Assembly (NCBI GenBank): GCA_904063045.1
Contig: CAJFCJ010000012.1
Coordinates: 2,678,335 to 2,742,334 of the forward strand
DNA from: Dimorphilus gyrociliatus
Lineage: Eukaryota; Animalia; Annelida
Direction of reading: 5' to 3'
Length of the DNA stretch: 64,000 bases
In this document: positions 24,803 to 36,600 of the stretch, piece after piece
Layout: every line of letters begins with the position of its first letter
Numbering within the stretch: the stretch's first letter is position 1
Translations under genes and position numbers: made by a program
Notes under the pieces: generated by a model
The model's input: the letters and a program-made list of their open reading frames with translations, nothing else
Told to the model about the DNA's origin: nothing
The model's database searches: none

Positions 24803-27800
24803 ATGTCTAGTTGGCTAGTACTGCTAACTTTGCATTGCCTCCTAACAAGTTGTGCACTTTCAGGTTTGTATAAAGCTATATTTCAGCTTTGCGAATCTTG
24901 TTCATAAAACCAATTTTTACACAAACTTTCCCCCCCTCTCTCTCTCTCTCTCTCTCCCTCTCCCTCTCCCCTTACAATTGCGTAGAAGAGCTATGTTCAA
25001 GTGAAGATGACTGTTCAGAATTTGAAAACTGCGTATTGGGTTATTGCAAGTGCAATTTGGATTATGGAGTGACTGCTTGCTCGAACTGTAAGGAAAGAAT
25101 ACTAGATTCTATTATATCAATATATTTGTTATTAATACGTTCCAATTTAGCCAAAGATCTGATACTGAAAAGGTATAAAGAACCAAATGCGTATGCTGTT
25201 ATTCGCACTTTTCAACACAAATCATTTGACGAATGCCTTAGAACTTGTCTCATTTCGGAAAGCTCCCTATGCGTTGGAATTTTAGTAAAAGACAACTTTA
25301 ACTGCAGCATTCTCTCTTCAATTGTATTTCCTTTAATAGACCTTGATTCCGATACGTTGGTTATTAGAAAAGGTAGATAAGCAACAGTAAAATCATTCAT
25401 GCATTCATTACTTCGTTCGTTCGTCCGTTCAATCAATCAGCCCTTTATTCATTCCTAACTCTAACAAATACTTAGATAAAAGAGCTGGAGTTTGCGGTGC
25501 TAACGATAATGTACAACCAACTCTCAACTATTGTTTCATATTCCTATGGAATTTGGCTGGCTGCCCAAATAAACAATTTGATCCTACGCAACATGAAAAG
25601 TCAATGACTATTAGGGAGTTCAGCCAATACGCAGAAACGGTATACACGAATAGCAGCAAAAGATCGGCTCAAGACGGAAATGGCAATTATTATAGAACAC
25701 TCTGTTTCGGTTCAAGAAGTTTCAATCATCAAAATGCAGCGTTTGGCAGGCAAGTTTTATATTTGGGCGGATTCACCGACCCGAAAGATCATCCAAATCA
25801 CGCGGTAGACGGTCTACGTCACAGCAATACATCACTAGGAGCGTGCTCTTTGCTAAATTCGCCTAGTGGATTGAATGAAGTATACATTAGCGTACGGCTT
25901 ATTGGAATTCATTCTGTAAACAAAGTTGTCATTTGGCCAACTAATCATCCAAGTATATAAATGAAATATTTGTCAATATAATACAAATGAACACAAACAT
26001 TTTAGCCAATCAACTATTTAACATTTATACATTGCCTTACTCTCATACGTGTCGAAACAACGTTCTACTTGAATACGATGATACGTCATCGTCACCACCG
26101 CCATCAACAAAAGTGTTTTGCGAAAATCCTCGACCTGAGAAGAATCCTAGAGTTACGTTTTACCAAATTTCGCAAATCAAACAAATTCACCTTTGCGAAA
26201 TAGAGATATTTTCTGGTAAAAAAAATTTCCCCTTTTCTTTCCATCAAACATTACTTTAACTTGTAGTAAAACCTTATTGTTGTTTTTTTAAGATAATAAC
26301 CATAACCTAAAAATGTTTACAGCCAATATTGCTTTTAACAAACCAGTCGGTTGTAGATATGCATTAGAACCGCCGGAAATGGTTAATGACGGAGACTTGA
26401 ACACCAAGTCGATTATTGAAATTGGAAAATCTTACTGGCTGTCAATTAATCTGCTCGCCTACTATACAATCTACGGTTTAGACTGTAAATTTAATTTCAC
26501 ATACTTGAATCTGCCAACAGAGATCACCGTTGGAATATCGACACAAAATCCTTCGATTGCCTTTAATCCCTTGGAAAATAGTTTCTGCGCCGAAATCAAT
26601 TCATATAGTTCTGTCGGAGACGATCTGTTTAGATCGTTATTATGCCCGAAAGGTGGCGTCGATGGTCAATTTGTTAACTTTTACTCCACTTCTACTGAAC
26701 CTCAGTTGGTTGATATTTATGAAATTGAAATATTTGGCCTATATTTGAGATCTTTGTATCTAAAAGAAAGGAATTTACTGTTGAATAAACCGGCATGGTC
26801 GTCTTCCTCGGTAGCAGTTGGCGAATCGTCTTCTTTTATAACGGATGGAGTATATACTTTACCATACAAATCGATTAAAGAGAGTAATCCCTGGTCAAGA
26901 ATTGATATGTTTAAAACCTATAGAATACTCTTTATCGCCATTGTAAGCGATCTTCGCCCATGTAAATAATATTCGAATAATAATTCCTATAATGTCATCA
27001 TACGCTTGCTTTCTAACCCTAACCCTTTCATTTAGATCACAAGAAACTGAATAGCGTCAGCGGACTCGTTACGAACAATCGTGGTTTCGATATTAACCAG
27101 AAAGAATTATTTAGTCAAGTATGCTTTACAAACACTGAAAACTTTCTAAGTGGCGAATATAGAGGTTGGACATGCGACCAACCGCTTCCGGTTGGACGCT
27201 ACGTTGTTGTTTATTTACCTATCTCCGTTGGCACTCTTATAGTTCGAGAAATTGAGGCCTATGGAGAGGAAGTTGGTGACGATGATAATTTCTCTCCTTT
27301 ACCAATCCTTAAAGCCGATAGATATAGCAAAAATATTGACTATATTAGCTCTGCAAACAACCAAGATTTGTTTCCTCTGAAAGCCATCGACGGCTCATCC
27401 TCTAATCTCATCTTTCAATCTAATTTTATTTCGTGTAGTGAATTTTTAACGATTGAAAATGTCGAAGCTAGATTTACTGTTTATCTTAATGATACTTACC
27501 TTATTTATCAAATAGGCGTTCTTCTTCCTTCCAACAGCGGTAATTATTGCCTGACAAACAACAAATCATTGAAGTTACTAAACTAACATGTCTTTTTCTT
27601 TTCTATTTTGGATTATTATCACCCAAAATCATCATCTTCATCATTATCGTCTTCTTCTTCTTCTCCTTCTTCGTCATTAGCATATTTTAAAGGAGTTCAA
27701 ATATCGGTAGAAAATTCAGCTATGCAATTCCATCGGCAAATTTGCGATTATGAAGTGGCTGCAATGGCAACATACCTTCTATACGATTGCAAATTGATTG

Positions 27801-28831
27801 GCGATCAAGTGTCCTTTTATAAAATTAGCGGCAATTATATATTACACATATGCGAAATTTACGTTCTGGGCAATGAAAAAGTCTACATTTCAAACGGTTT
27901 GAATAGATGATTTTGTTGTTTTTTTGTTTGTTCTCCGTTTATTCATCCCCAATCCCTTAACTTACTAAACCATTGATAGATCACAACACAAACAACCTTA
28001 TGATTTTGATTGAGGAGATAGTAGCAAGAAAAATATTTTCTGCCTTATCCAAATTAACGTCTGTGCCCTTTTTTCTTTCTCCGCAATTAGATAACGACAG
28101 CGTCGAAATGGCGAAAGTGGTTTACAAAATCACCTCCAACAATCAATCCCAACTACTCAGCAACGACGTTTGCGTCTTTTCTACAAAAGAAATCTACTTT
28201 CAACTACCAGTTTATCGTAAATTTATTGCAGTTGGATTTACAGTTGGGCAGACGGCCGACTTTGCAACTGGTCTAAATATTTTTGGCATGCACCATAAAG
28301 GAAATATATTGTGTATTAGCTTTAGAAACGTCATTGCGGTCGCCTCACCTTCCACTTTCACTTTTAACTGTTCAACAGAAATAGTTGCGAAATACGTGGC
28401 AATCTACTCGAGCAACGAATATTTGAAAGCCTGCAACTATTACGTAATAGCTAAGCAGGCGAAAGTCGATATTCTAGGTACATATAGTAAAATACAGTAT
28501 ACTAAATATGTATAACTATGAATTGTATAATATCTACTCTTTGTATTGAATAGCATTCAATCGGATGGAGAAAATGAATAGGCGGATAAAGACCAATCTA
28601 CTATATTTCGCCATAAACAACGTAGGCTTTTTGGAATGCTATTATTCTTGTATAGAAGACAACGAATGTGAAAGTATGATGTATTCAACTACAGAAGAAA
28701 GATGTCATTTTTCCCGTTTTCGAATGTTGCACAATGTATCATCTCAATTAACTGAAAATACAATGAACGATATTTTCTATATATTGTACACGTACGAAAT
28801 AGATTTCTCAACTCATTGTTCCCCCATCTAA
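24803..28831 (+). CDS. Secreted EGF - PAN - about five F-type lectin/F5-8C-like domains - PAN protein, tandem copy B
   Basis: Signal exon MSSWLVLLTLHCLLTSCALS|gtttgt. EGF CSSEDDCSEFENCVLGYCKCNLDYGVTAC. PAN SFDECLRTCLISESSLCVG. FTP-like NIAFNKPV..., NLLLNKPAWSSS...ITDG...NPWSRIDM and LHICEIYVLG. Final PAN FLECYYSCIEDNECES; stop at 28831. Confidence 0.85.
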
Positions 28832-28909
28832 ATGATGAAAAAACATTGCCACTTTTCAATATTCAATCATGTTTGTTTGTTTGTATTGTGTTCAAAAATA
28901 TTTTATCAA

Positions 28910-31243
28910 TCAATAATACAAACAACTTGCATGTATCTTTTCCATATTTTTCAAATGGTTAAACATCTCTAGCCGTTGATTTTCACTCAATGAACACCTT
29001 GTATATTTCAACATTTTCAAGCATTTCGACGAACTCATCAATCCATTTAATATCGCTTCTAATTCTAAATTAATATTCACGCCAATCAAATTAACTTGTT
29101 CTAAACAGGTGCAAGCTGCCAATAAGTCGCTCAAATGTCTCAAATTTTCAATCGTTAGTCCGCATCCCTCAAAAGAAATAGTCGAAAGTGACAAACACGA
29201 ACGTCTGAGGCCTTGGCACACTAACCTAAATCCTTCGCCAAAATTACCGTTCATACTTAAATTGACTCGTTGCAACGACTGGCATTCGTTAAAGAGATTA
29301 CCCAACCAATAGTCTTTTTCTCCGCTAAGCCGACAACCCTTTAAACTAACAATTGAGAGAGAATAACGAGAATTTTTCAATCCGTTGCATATCATCTCAA
29401 ATCCTTTGCCGAGATTATCGTTTTCGCTCAAGTTAATTTCGCTTAATGAATTACACTCGAATAGGAAATTGCCCAACCAACAGCTCTGCTCCCCGCTCAA
29501 ATTGCAACCTTCAAAATCAACACTTGTAAGAGAATGAGCCGACGATATCAATCCCATACATATTCTCTGGAATCCCATATCAAACTGTTCGTTAGAGCTT
29601 AGGTGTATCCGTTGCAACATTATACATTCCACCAACAGATTGCCTAACCAAACACTTTGGTCTCTGCTCAATTCGCATTTATACAACGAAATGTTCAACA
29701 GAGAACGACACGAAGATTTCAAACCAAAACATATCTTCTCGAATCCCAATTTCCAGACTGGATTCCTATCTAGAAAGACGGTTTGTAGCGAGTCGCATCG
29801 CTTCAAGAGTTCACTCAACCAAACGCATTGTTCTGCACTTAAGCTACAATCCGAAAAATCGACAGTCAACAGGCGATGCGCCGACGATCTTAGGCCCTGA
29901 CTTATATTCCTAATTCCTTCTCCGCAGTTCCTATTCTCCGCCATAAAAAAGTCTTCCAGCGAAGAGCATTCGTTTAGAAACTCTCCTAGCCAAATGCATT
30001 GCTGTTCGGAAAAATCGCAATTAGACAAGTTGATCCGTTGAAGACAATGAGCGGACGACTTTAATCCTTCGCATATCTTTCGGAACGACTTTCCCCATTC
30101 TCCATTACTAGACAAATCCACAGAACGTAAGGCAGTGCACTGCTCAAAAAAGTTCCCCAACGCCAAGCAACTTTCATTTTCCCACAGATTCATCGAACTG
30201 AGGTCGATCTTCAACAAGGAATTGCCAAAGGCAGTCAAACGACTCAGCACTTGCCCAATCATGTACGGTGACATTTCATTATTATTAAACTTGCAATCCT
30301 GCAATGAATGGCATTCCGCCAACAAATCACAAAGCCACGAACACTGCAATTCGGTATGGAGACATTGGTCACAGTTAATGGCGGATAGTGTACGACTAGA
30401 CGACGATTGTAATCCATTGCAAATCATCCGAAACCCCCTACCGAGATTGATGTTGCCGAAAAGATTAATTTCGGTTAAGCTGTCGCACTTCCTTAAAAAA
30501 TCGCCGAACGACGAGCACTGTTCTTCGACTAGGTTGCAAAATGAAAAGTCAAGTGTCCTTAACGATTCGGACGACTGCCTTAAACCGTTGAATATTTCTG
30601 CAAATCCATCTCTCAACTCTCTATTCGCTCTGATGTTAACCGCTCTCAACTTGGTGCAAACTTTGAATAAATTTCCCAAGAAATAGCCGTGTTGACGCGT
30701 TAAACAACAGTTGGAAAAGTTGATTTCCAACAGGGAATTAGCGGACGACTTTAATCCATTGCAAATGTATTGAAAACTATAATCCATATTGTCATTGCTT
30801 GTCATAGCGAACGACTGTATGGAATGGCAGTTGGATAACAACGTACCTAATCGCTTACATTCCTCCTTTCCAAATAGGCAGCGTTCAAATTTCAAACTTT
30901 TTATTGATAAAGGTATCGGTAGATTGAACATTGAATGAAAGTTAATTAATGACAAACTCTCAATTGAACAGTTATTTAGAAAACGGAAGTCCTCAATTCC
31001 ATTGAATTTACGTTTTTTCAAAGAAATGTGGTCCAATTGAAAAAAACAAACATTTTCAAAGAAAACCAACTGTTTCTCGACGAATGGTTTTTGCCCATTT
31101 ATCGCAAATTGAAATATTTCAGATGCAAGATAACTTGGTATATATAAGGAATTCTTTTCACGTAACCCATTCAACAAATGTAGACTTTCTCCTACACAAT
31201 TCAATGCCAACAGCTTTAAAGAACTTACAGTCATTTCAAACAA
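28910..31243 (-). CDS. Intronless 777-aa ribonuclease-inhibitor-type LRR protein with an N-terminal BC-box/Cul2-box-like motif (NLR-LRR-like repeats, no NACHT)
   Basis: About eleven 57-aa double-LRR units, e.g. QRINLSNCDFSEQQCIWLGEFLNECSSLEDFFMAENRNCGEGIRNISQGLRSSAHRL. N-terminus SSLKLLALNCV...YIPSYLASEIF. Confidence 0.9.
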   Translation of the reverse strand: MFEMTVSSLKLLALNCVGESLHLLNGLREKNSLYIPSYLASEIFQFAINGQKPFVEKQLVFFENVCFFQLDHISLKKRKFNGIEDFRFLNNCSIESLSLINFHSMFNLPIPLSIKSLKFERCLFGKEECKRLGTLLSNCHSIQSFAMTSNDNMDYSFQYICNGLKSSANSLLEINFSNCCLTRQHGYFLGNLFKVCTKLRAVNIRANRELRDGFAEIFNGLRQSSESLRTLDFSFCNLVEEQCSSFGDFLRKCDSLTEINLFGNINLGRGFRMICNGLQSSSSRTLSAINCDQCLHTELQCSWLCDLLAECHSLQDCKFNNNEMSPYMIGQVLSRLTAFGNSLLKIDLSSMNLWENESCLALGNFFEQCTALRSVDLSSNGEWGKSFRKICEGLKSSAHCLQRINLSNCDFSEQQCIWLGEFLNECSSLEDFFMAENRNCGEGIRNISQGLRSSAHRLLTVDFSDCSLSAEQCVWLSELLKRCDSLQTVFLDRNPVWKLGFEKICFGLKSSCRSLLNISLYKCELSRDQSVWLGNLLVECIMLQRIHLSSNEQFDMGFQRICMGLISSAHSLTSVDFEGCNLSGEQSCWLGNFLFECNSLSEINLSENDNLGKGFEMICNGLKNSRYSLSIVSLKGCRLSGEKDYWLGNLFNECQSLQRVNLSMNGNFGEGFRLVCQGLRRSCLSLSTISFEGCGLTIENLRHLSDLLAACTCLEQVNLIGVNINLELEAILNGLMSSSKCLKMLKYTRCSLSENQRLEMFNHLKNMEKIHASCLYY

Positions 31244-31514
31244 TTGACAACAATACCAACATTCAAATATCTCAACCAGTAAATGTACTTGATACTATCT
31301 TATCGTTGTCCCGCGGAAGGGACAGTGTCCAAAATTTTGGAATTCTATTTGATAATATGACGAAAATTTTTGTCCAATGTTTACGTTTCTAACTTTTCCA
31401 CACCAGTTAGGCTTGGGATAAAATCAGAAAAAGGCCACCACAGTCGGTTCTCGTTAGATTCGGGAAAGTACCTCGACGCCAACAGAGAAAACTATTAATG
31501 TTTGCTTAGTATCG

Positions 31515-31545
<31 letters not shown>

Positions 31546-31965
31546 TCTGAATTGAATGGAAACATAGAGAATAGAGATAGTTTACTCGTAATTTAGAAGG
31601 CCTAGAAACAAATGAAATTATATTAGATAATTCTATTATTAAAAGCCATGATCCTGAATTGGGAATTCTGAATTCTCCTTGAAGAGAATTCTCGTTTCCT
31701 GAACAAAACTATCTTGAAACTTTCCTATGTGATAGGAAGAAGAGAACGATCTAACCCTATATCATCACCAGTTGGCGTCTCTTCAAAGCACAACAATAAA
31801 CAGGAAGCGCGCATTTGTTGAATTTATTGAGCGGGAATGATAAGAATTGAATGAAAATAATTAAAAGTCTTACACTGAGAAAAGAGTAGCAGCAAAAACA
31901 TAGACTTTTTCTCCAGTCAACATTCACTTAAAGAAGATAATCAACGATAAAACAAGAAATGTTTG

Positions 31966-33056
31966 TCAGTTCAACAGCGCTGAAAGAGTTTCAATTAAAC
32001 AGTTGTTTGTGCACCTTGCATAATAGATTGATAAGGAGGCGGCGGAGATTCTTCACCTCTAACGTTTGTCATCCGAATGCAGTCTTCGTATCGTGGTGCT
32101 GGTATTATTGGGTGCATTGAACTACGTCCTGCAGCGTATCCCTCGTCCCTACTTTACGAGAATAGAATAGAATGGAATAGATTAAGAAAAAACTGAAACA
32201 AACGATATACCTGTCTTGCATTTCGTACTGTTCCGATAATCTTTCGATAGTTCTGCCCGGCCAAAAGTAATACGAGTATTTTGTTAAGATTGATGATTGG
32301 CGGCGAAGAGAGAAGAAGAAGAAGAAGACAAATTAATTAAAAAAGAAAACAACAAGAGAAAGAAAGAAAAGAGTATACGTGTTTGTTTGTTTGTTTGTTT
32401 GTTTGTTTTTGTTTACCTTTCGTTGCCTGAATGATGAGGATTTGATCTAATTGAGATAACTAAAATATCAGCGTTTGGCGAATTTCTTTGGCGTAATTCT
32501 TGACAAACTCTAGAAACTTTACAATAATAAATAAATAGGACAATTAGCTGAAAAGCAGCGATTGCCGGATAAAACGTCACATATTTTAGGATATGGAGGT
32601 GAGGCAGAAATTCAGTCAAGCGATTTGTTCTATCAACATATATACTGGCTATTATCAATGATAATAGTTGGAGTGAAAGGCACAGATATATACAATATTT
32701 TGTTATTGTACTATATCTTTCAACATTTAAAAGTTGCTTCAACACAAGAATTCCCGATATGAGAAGAACAAAATTACTAAATACCATTACGACAAGCCAT
32801 ACTGAACATAGTTTGAACAGGTTCCTATAAAAAAATTCATGAAATTTCGCCTGAAAAATTTGCTCATTCTATTCAAATAACAAAACACTCACATTCCATT
32901 TTCATCTACAACCTCCGCTTCCTTACTTACGTTCATCGCAATCTCTCTTGCCTGACGCTTTGCCTGCCCGTATTCAGCCATCCACAATGGGCCAACCAGT
33001 AAATTTATTAACACTAGTGGATAGAACAACACCATCAATAACACGCTTTTCAGCAT
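31966..33056 (-). CDS. Five-exon multi-pass (about 4 TM) membrane protein with cytoplasmic PY motifs; family not identified
   Basis: Phase-compatible hand splice: MLKSVLLMVLFYPLVLINLLVGPLWMAEYGQAKRQAREIAMN | NEQIFQAKF...(ORF 32413-32787 with three further hydrophobic segments)...GNER | TIERLSEQYEMQDS | RDEGYAAGRSSMHPIIPAPRYEDCIRMTNVRGEESPPPPYQSIMQ | ALLN*. Confidence 0.75.
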
Positions 33057-33675
33057 ATTCCAGTTTGTGGTGTGTTTTGTTTGTTTGTTTGTTTGTTTGT
33101 TTGTTTGTTCGTTCTCTGAGGGAGAAAAGAAAAAAGGATAGATTAGCGCTAATTTGTAGTAATCCTTCCTCTTATCCTTTTAAACGTGTAAAAAACAACT
33201 ATTGTACTTTGATTGATGTTTTATACTGAGCTATAGGCCTAGTTTTTTTGCGTTATCTCTAATCAATTCAATTGATAATTTGTTATCAAGTAACAATTAT
33301 TAATAAATTTTTAATCATCTGCCGACAAGATCGAATTTCTCTGAATTATAGCTGAGCAGATATCTAAATAGAACTATTCAAACTATGCGTGTACTCATTT
33401 CGTACGAAATTCTTTTGCGATTGCAGTTAAAAACGGGAATGTTGCCTTTTTAAAAGGCAACAAAACTTGTTGTATGTAGGTGGACGAGTATTCGTTACTC
33501 ACTAATGAAGATATTTAAATCCAACCACAGTTCTATATACAGCTAATTAAACTCTGTAGCGTCTCTATTATCCTGAAAAGTCATCGTAGATGATTAATTA
33601 TATTTCAATGAATCAATCGGACAAACACACACAGTACTCGTATTATTTCTTTTGCGTTTTTCGTTAGTTTTTCAA

Positions 33676-36600
33676 ATGAAAACATTGGATTGGAAATACC
33701 ATTTTTCCAATTGCCTAGTGCTGCTGGTCTTTTCCTTATTCTCATCATCCAACGGAGCGGAATGTTATACGACAGGATCGAATTTTTCTGTTAAATATCT
33801 TGACCAAACAAACGTAACTTATTCAATTGAATCTGTAGAGGAGGATGAACATTGGATTTATGGACAAATATACCTAACAATTACAGCAACAAACCAAACG
33901 AAATACGTTGCCTATAGTAGGATCATGTCGAAATTTCATCACAAGACACTATGCAGACTACTCGGATACGATGATATTCATTTTATTGCCGAAGCGTGCG
34001 AACCTTTGAAAAGTCGTGCCTTTTGTTATTTCTCTTCTTCCACTATATCTATAATTATTTCTTCAAAATAGATAATCCAGAGTTGATAGCGCAATATAAC
34101 GGAATCAGACGAGACGTGTTTCTGTAAAGAATTTTCTTCTATTAAACTATTTCACCTTATTGTTTCGTTTAAAATAGGGTTAACATTGTTAGAAGCCTTT
34201 ATACAGCGGCGTCACTTTGTTTAAAATGCTTTAAAAGCCAAACTGCTTGTACGAAATATTTTTCTTTACCAATTAAACCCTTGTTACTTTCCGCTTTAAT
34301 TCGTTATCTTTACAGTTCTATTCGCCCTTGAACACACTGACCGCAATCTTTACATAATGTTTGCTAGAGTGTCGAGAAAAACCTACATGGTCATTAAAAA
34401 GCTGCGTGAGAAAGTTGAAATTTGCGACAAGACGCAATTCTATGATAAATTCAATGGCGAAATGACAATTGAAAAAGAATTGTACGCCATTGATTTTCTT
34501 GATGATTCCATGAAATTGCAACAAATTCATGAGCAAGATCAACCGAATTTTGAAGCAATTTTTTGTAATAAAACTCAATTGAAAGGTAGTTTTTTCAATT
34601 CAAACCTAAATGGAGAAATCATTAAACGTTTACAAGTATTTTTCTCCCTCTCTCTCTCTCTCTCTCTTCTTAGATTTTTCCTTGAAGAAAATGAATAAGT
34701 TTCAAGAGAAAATCGTATTTGAGCAACAATTAAATGAAACTTTTGCGTTCATGATCATTTCAAAGACCTATGGACATATTCCCCTTCTGTTCGACGGCAT
34801 ATATATTGCAATTCAGATAAAGAAAATACTGTGCGCAATTGATGGAGGACAAATCAGTCTACTGTCGGAGATTTCTATTGCTGAATTTGAGATTCCCTTT
34901 GTTAGAGTTACGGTTAGAGAGTGGTTAGAGATTTTGGAGATTTTTAATCCTCCCTCTCCCACTCTCTTCCCTCTCCTAACCCTAATTTTTTAAAAAATAT
35001 ATTACTCCTATTTTCATTGTCCTATTTTTCTTTCAACTAGATGAGAAATTGCCCATACTTTAATTATTACTTTGATAAAGGAAACACTCCCGTTTATTCT
35101 AAATGTAAACGTGACGCCCGACAATTTGACGATTGTCAACTGGCTGACAAACACGAACAAATCAATGTAGCTTTTTCAGTGGTGTGTATAAGAAAAGAAG
35201 ATATTCAAAGTCTATGTTCCTTAAATAATCAACCATTGCTAAACTTGTAGCAATGTCTACTATGTCGTCATTAAACCTGTCTCTCTACTCAATCATTTCA
35301 GATTATGACATGTTTCTCTACTCAAATGGCCAAGACTATTTAAGAGTAAATGCCAAAAATAATTCAAAATATGACGTATTTAGCGGCAACGTATACATGT
35401 TCTATAATGATAATTGGTACCATACAAACCTGGTAAACTGGACAAGTGACGAAACTATGACTGTTTGTAGAGCATTCGGCTTTAAGAGTGGTACACTGAA
35501 ATTTACGAAACATTTCGCTCCCAATGTGATACTTTTAAGAGACAAGAAATTTTCCCTTAAGTGCACCAATTCCTTTAATCTTTCTCATTGTAATATTACA
35601 ATTTTGAAAGAGAAAGACAAGTAAGAGAGCACACTAATTAGATAACTATATAATCCAGTAGATTATTTCTCTCTCTCTCTCTTCAGGTTATCGTTTGGAT
35701 TTCAAAGTGCACTTACAAATTACATTTTAGAATGTAGAATCAACGAAGGTTAAGAGATTTTACAGTACTATTTAGAAGATTAATGATTATTTGACAAACA
35801 AAACTAGATGTTACATGCATAGAAACGAAATATTATAGTTTCGAAGACTACTGCTTTAAAAAGATGGAAACGAAAAAGAAAATCTCTATTGATTCAGCTC
35901 TAAATGAATGTAAGAAAGCTAATGCGTCTTTGTTCTACGTCTCCAATTCGGTATTTGATTTTTTGATGGAAATATCTGGTGACGAAAAAGACAAAAGGAA
36001 CTTGCCCGGAAGTATAACTATATAATTGATATCAATTACATCAACGTAACTATTTACCGTTAATCAATTTGTTCAGAAATCTACACGACAACCGATACGA
36101 AAGGAAGAGATTATCTTACTTTCGTAGACAAGGTTCCATACAAATTTCACGGTTTTACAATTCAATTCAAATCAAAGTAAATAAACAAGCAAACCATTAA
36201 AAGTAAAAATTGTCTGTCCGCCTGCTCTCCTATTAGATTTTACTCGACATGTTCACTTTCCATTTCGACTAAATATCTCAATAGCTACTTTGAGTTTAAC
36301 AACAAAAACAAATGCTTTTATATGGAAGAAATGAAATATGGATTTTCTCCGCGTTACACCGTCAACGAGTTCTATTGCGATAAAAGATTTCTAGATAAAT
36401 TCTACTGTAGACGTCCAAGTTTGTATTATACTTTATACTTTCTATTTGCAATCTTCACGAACGGCAGTGTCTGCCCTCTTTGAAAAATGTAGTTGCTTAT
36501 TATTTCCTTTCCACTTTATTAAGGTTATATCACTGTCTCTCTATCGAAGGAATTGGAGAACAGTGGCAATTTTTCCAGCTGTCCTCATGGATTTTTCCGT

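Noticed and set aside
28910-31243. Calling the LRR gene a true NLR
   Set aside because: No NACHT/P-loop or death-fold domain in the ORF or in recognisable upstream exons.
29109-31392. Plus-strand ORFs (29109, 29640, 30135, 31084) overlapping the LRR gene
   Set aside because: Antisense shadows of a repetitive coding sequence; no motifs.
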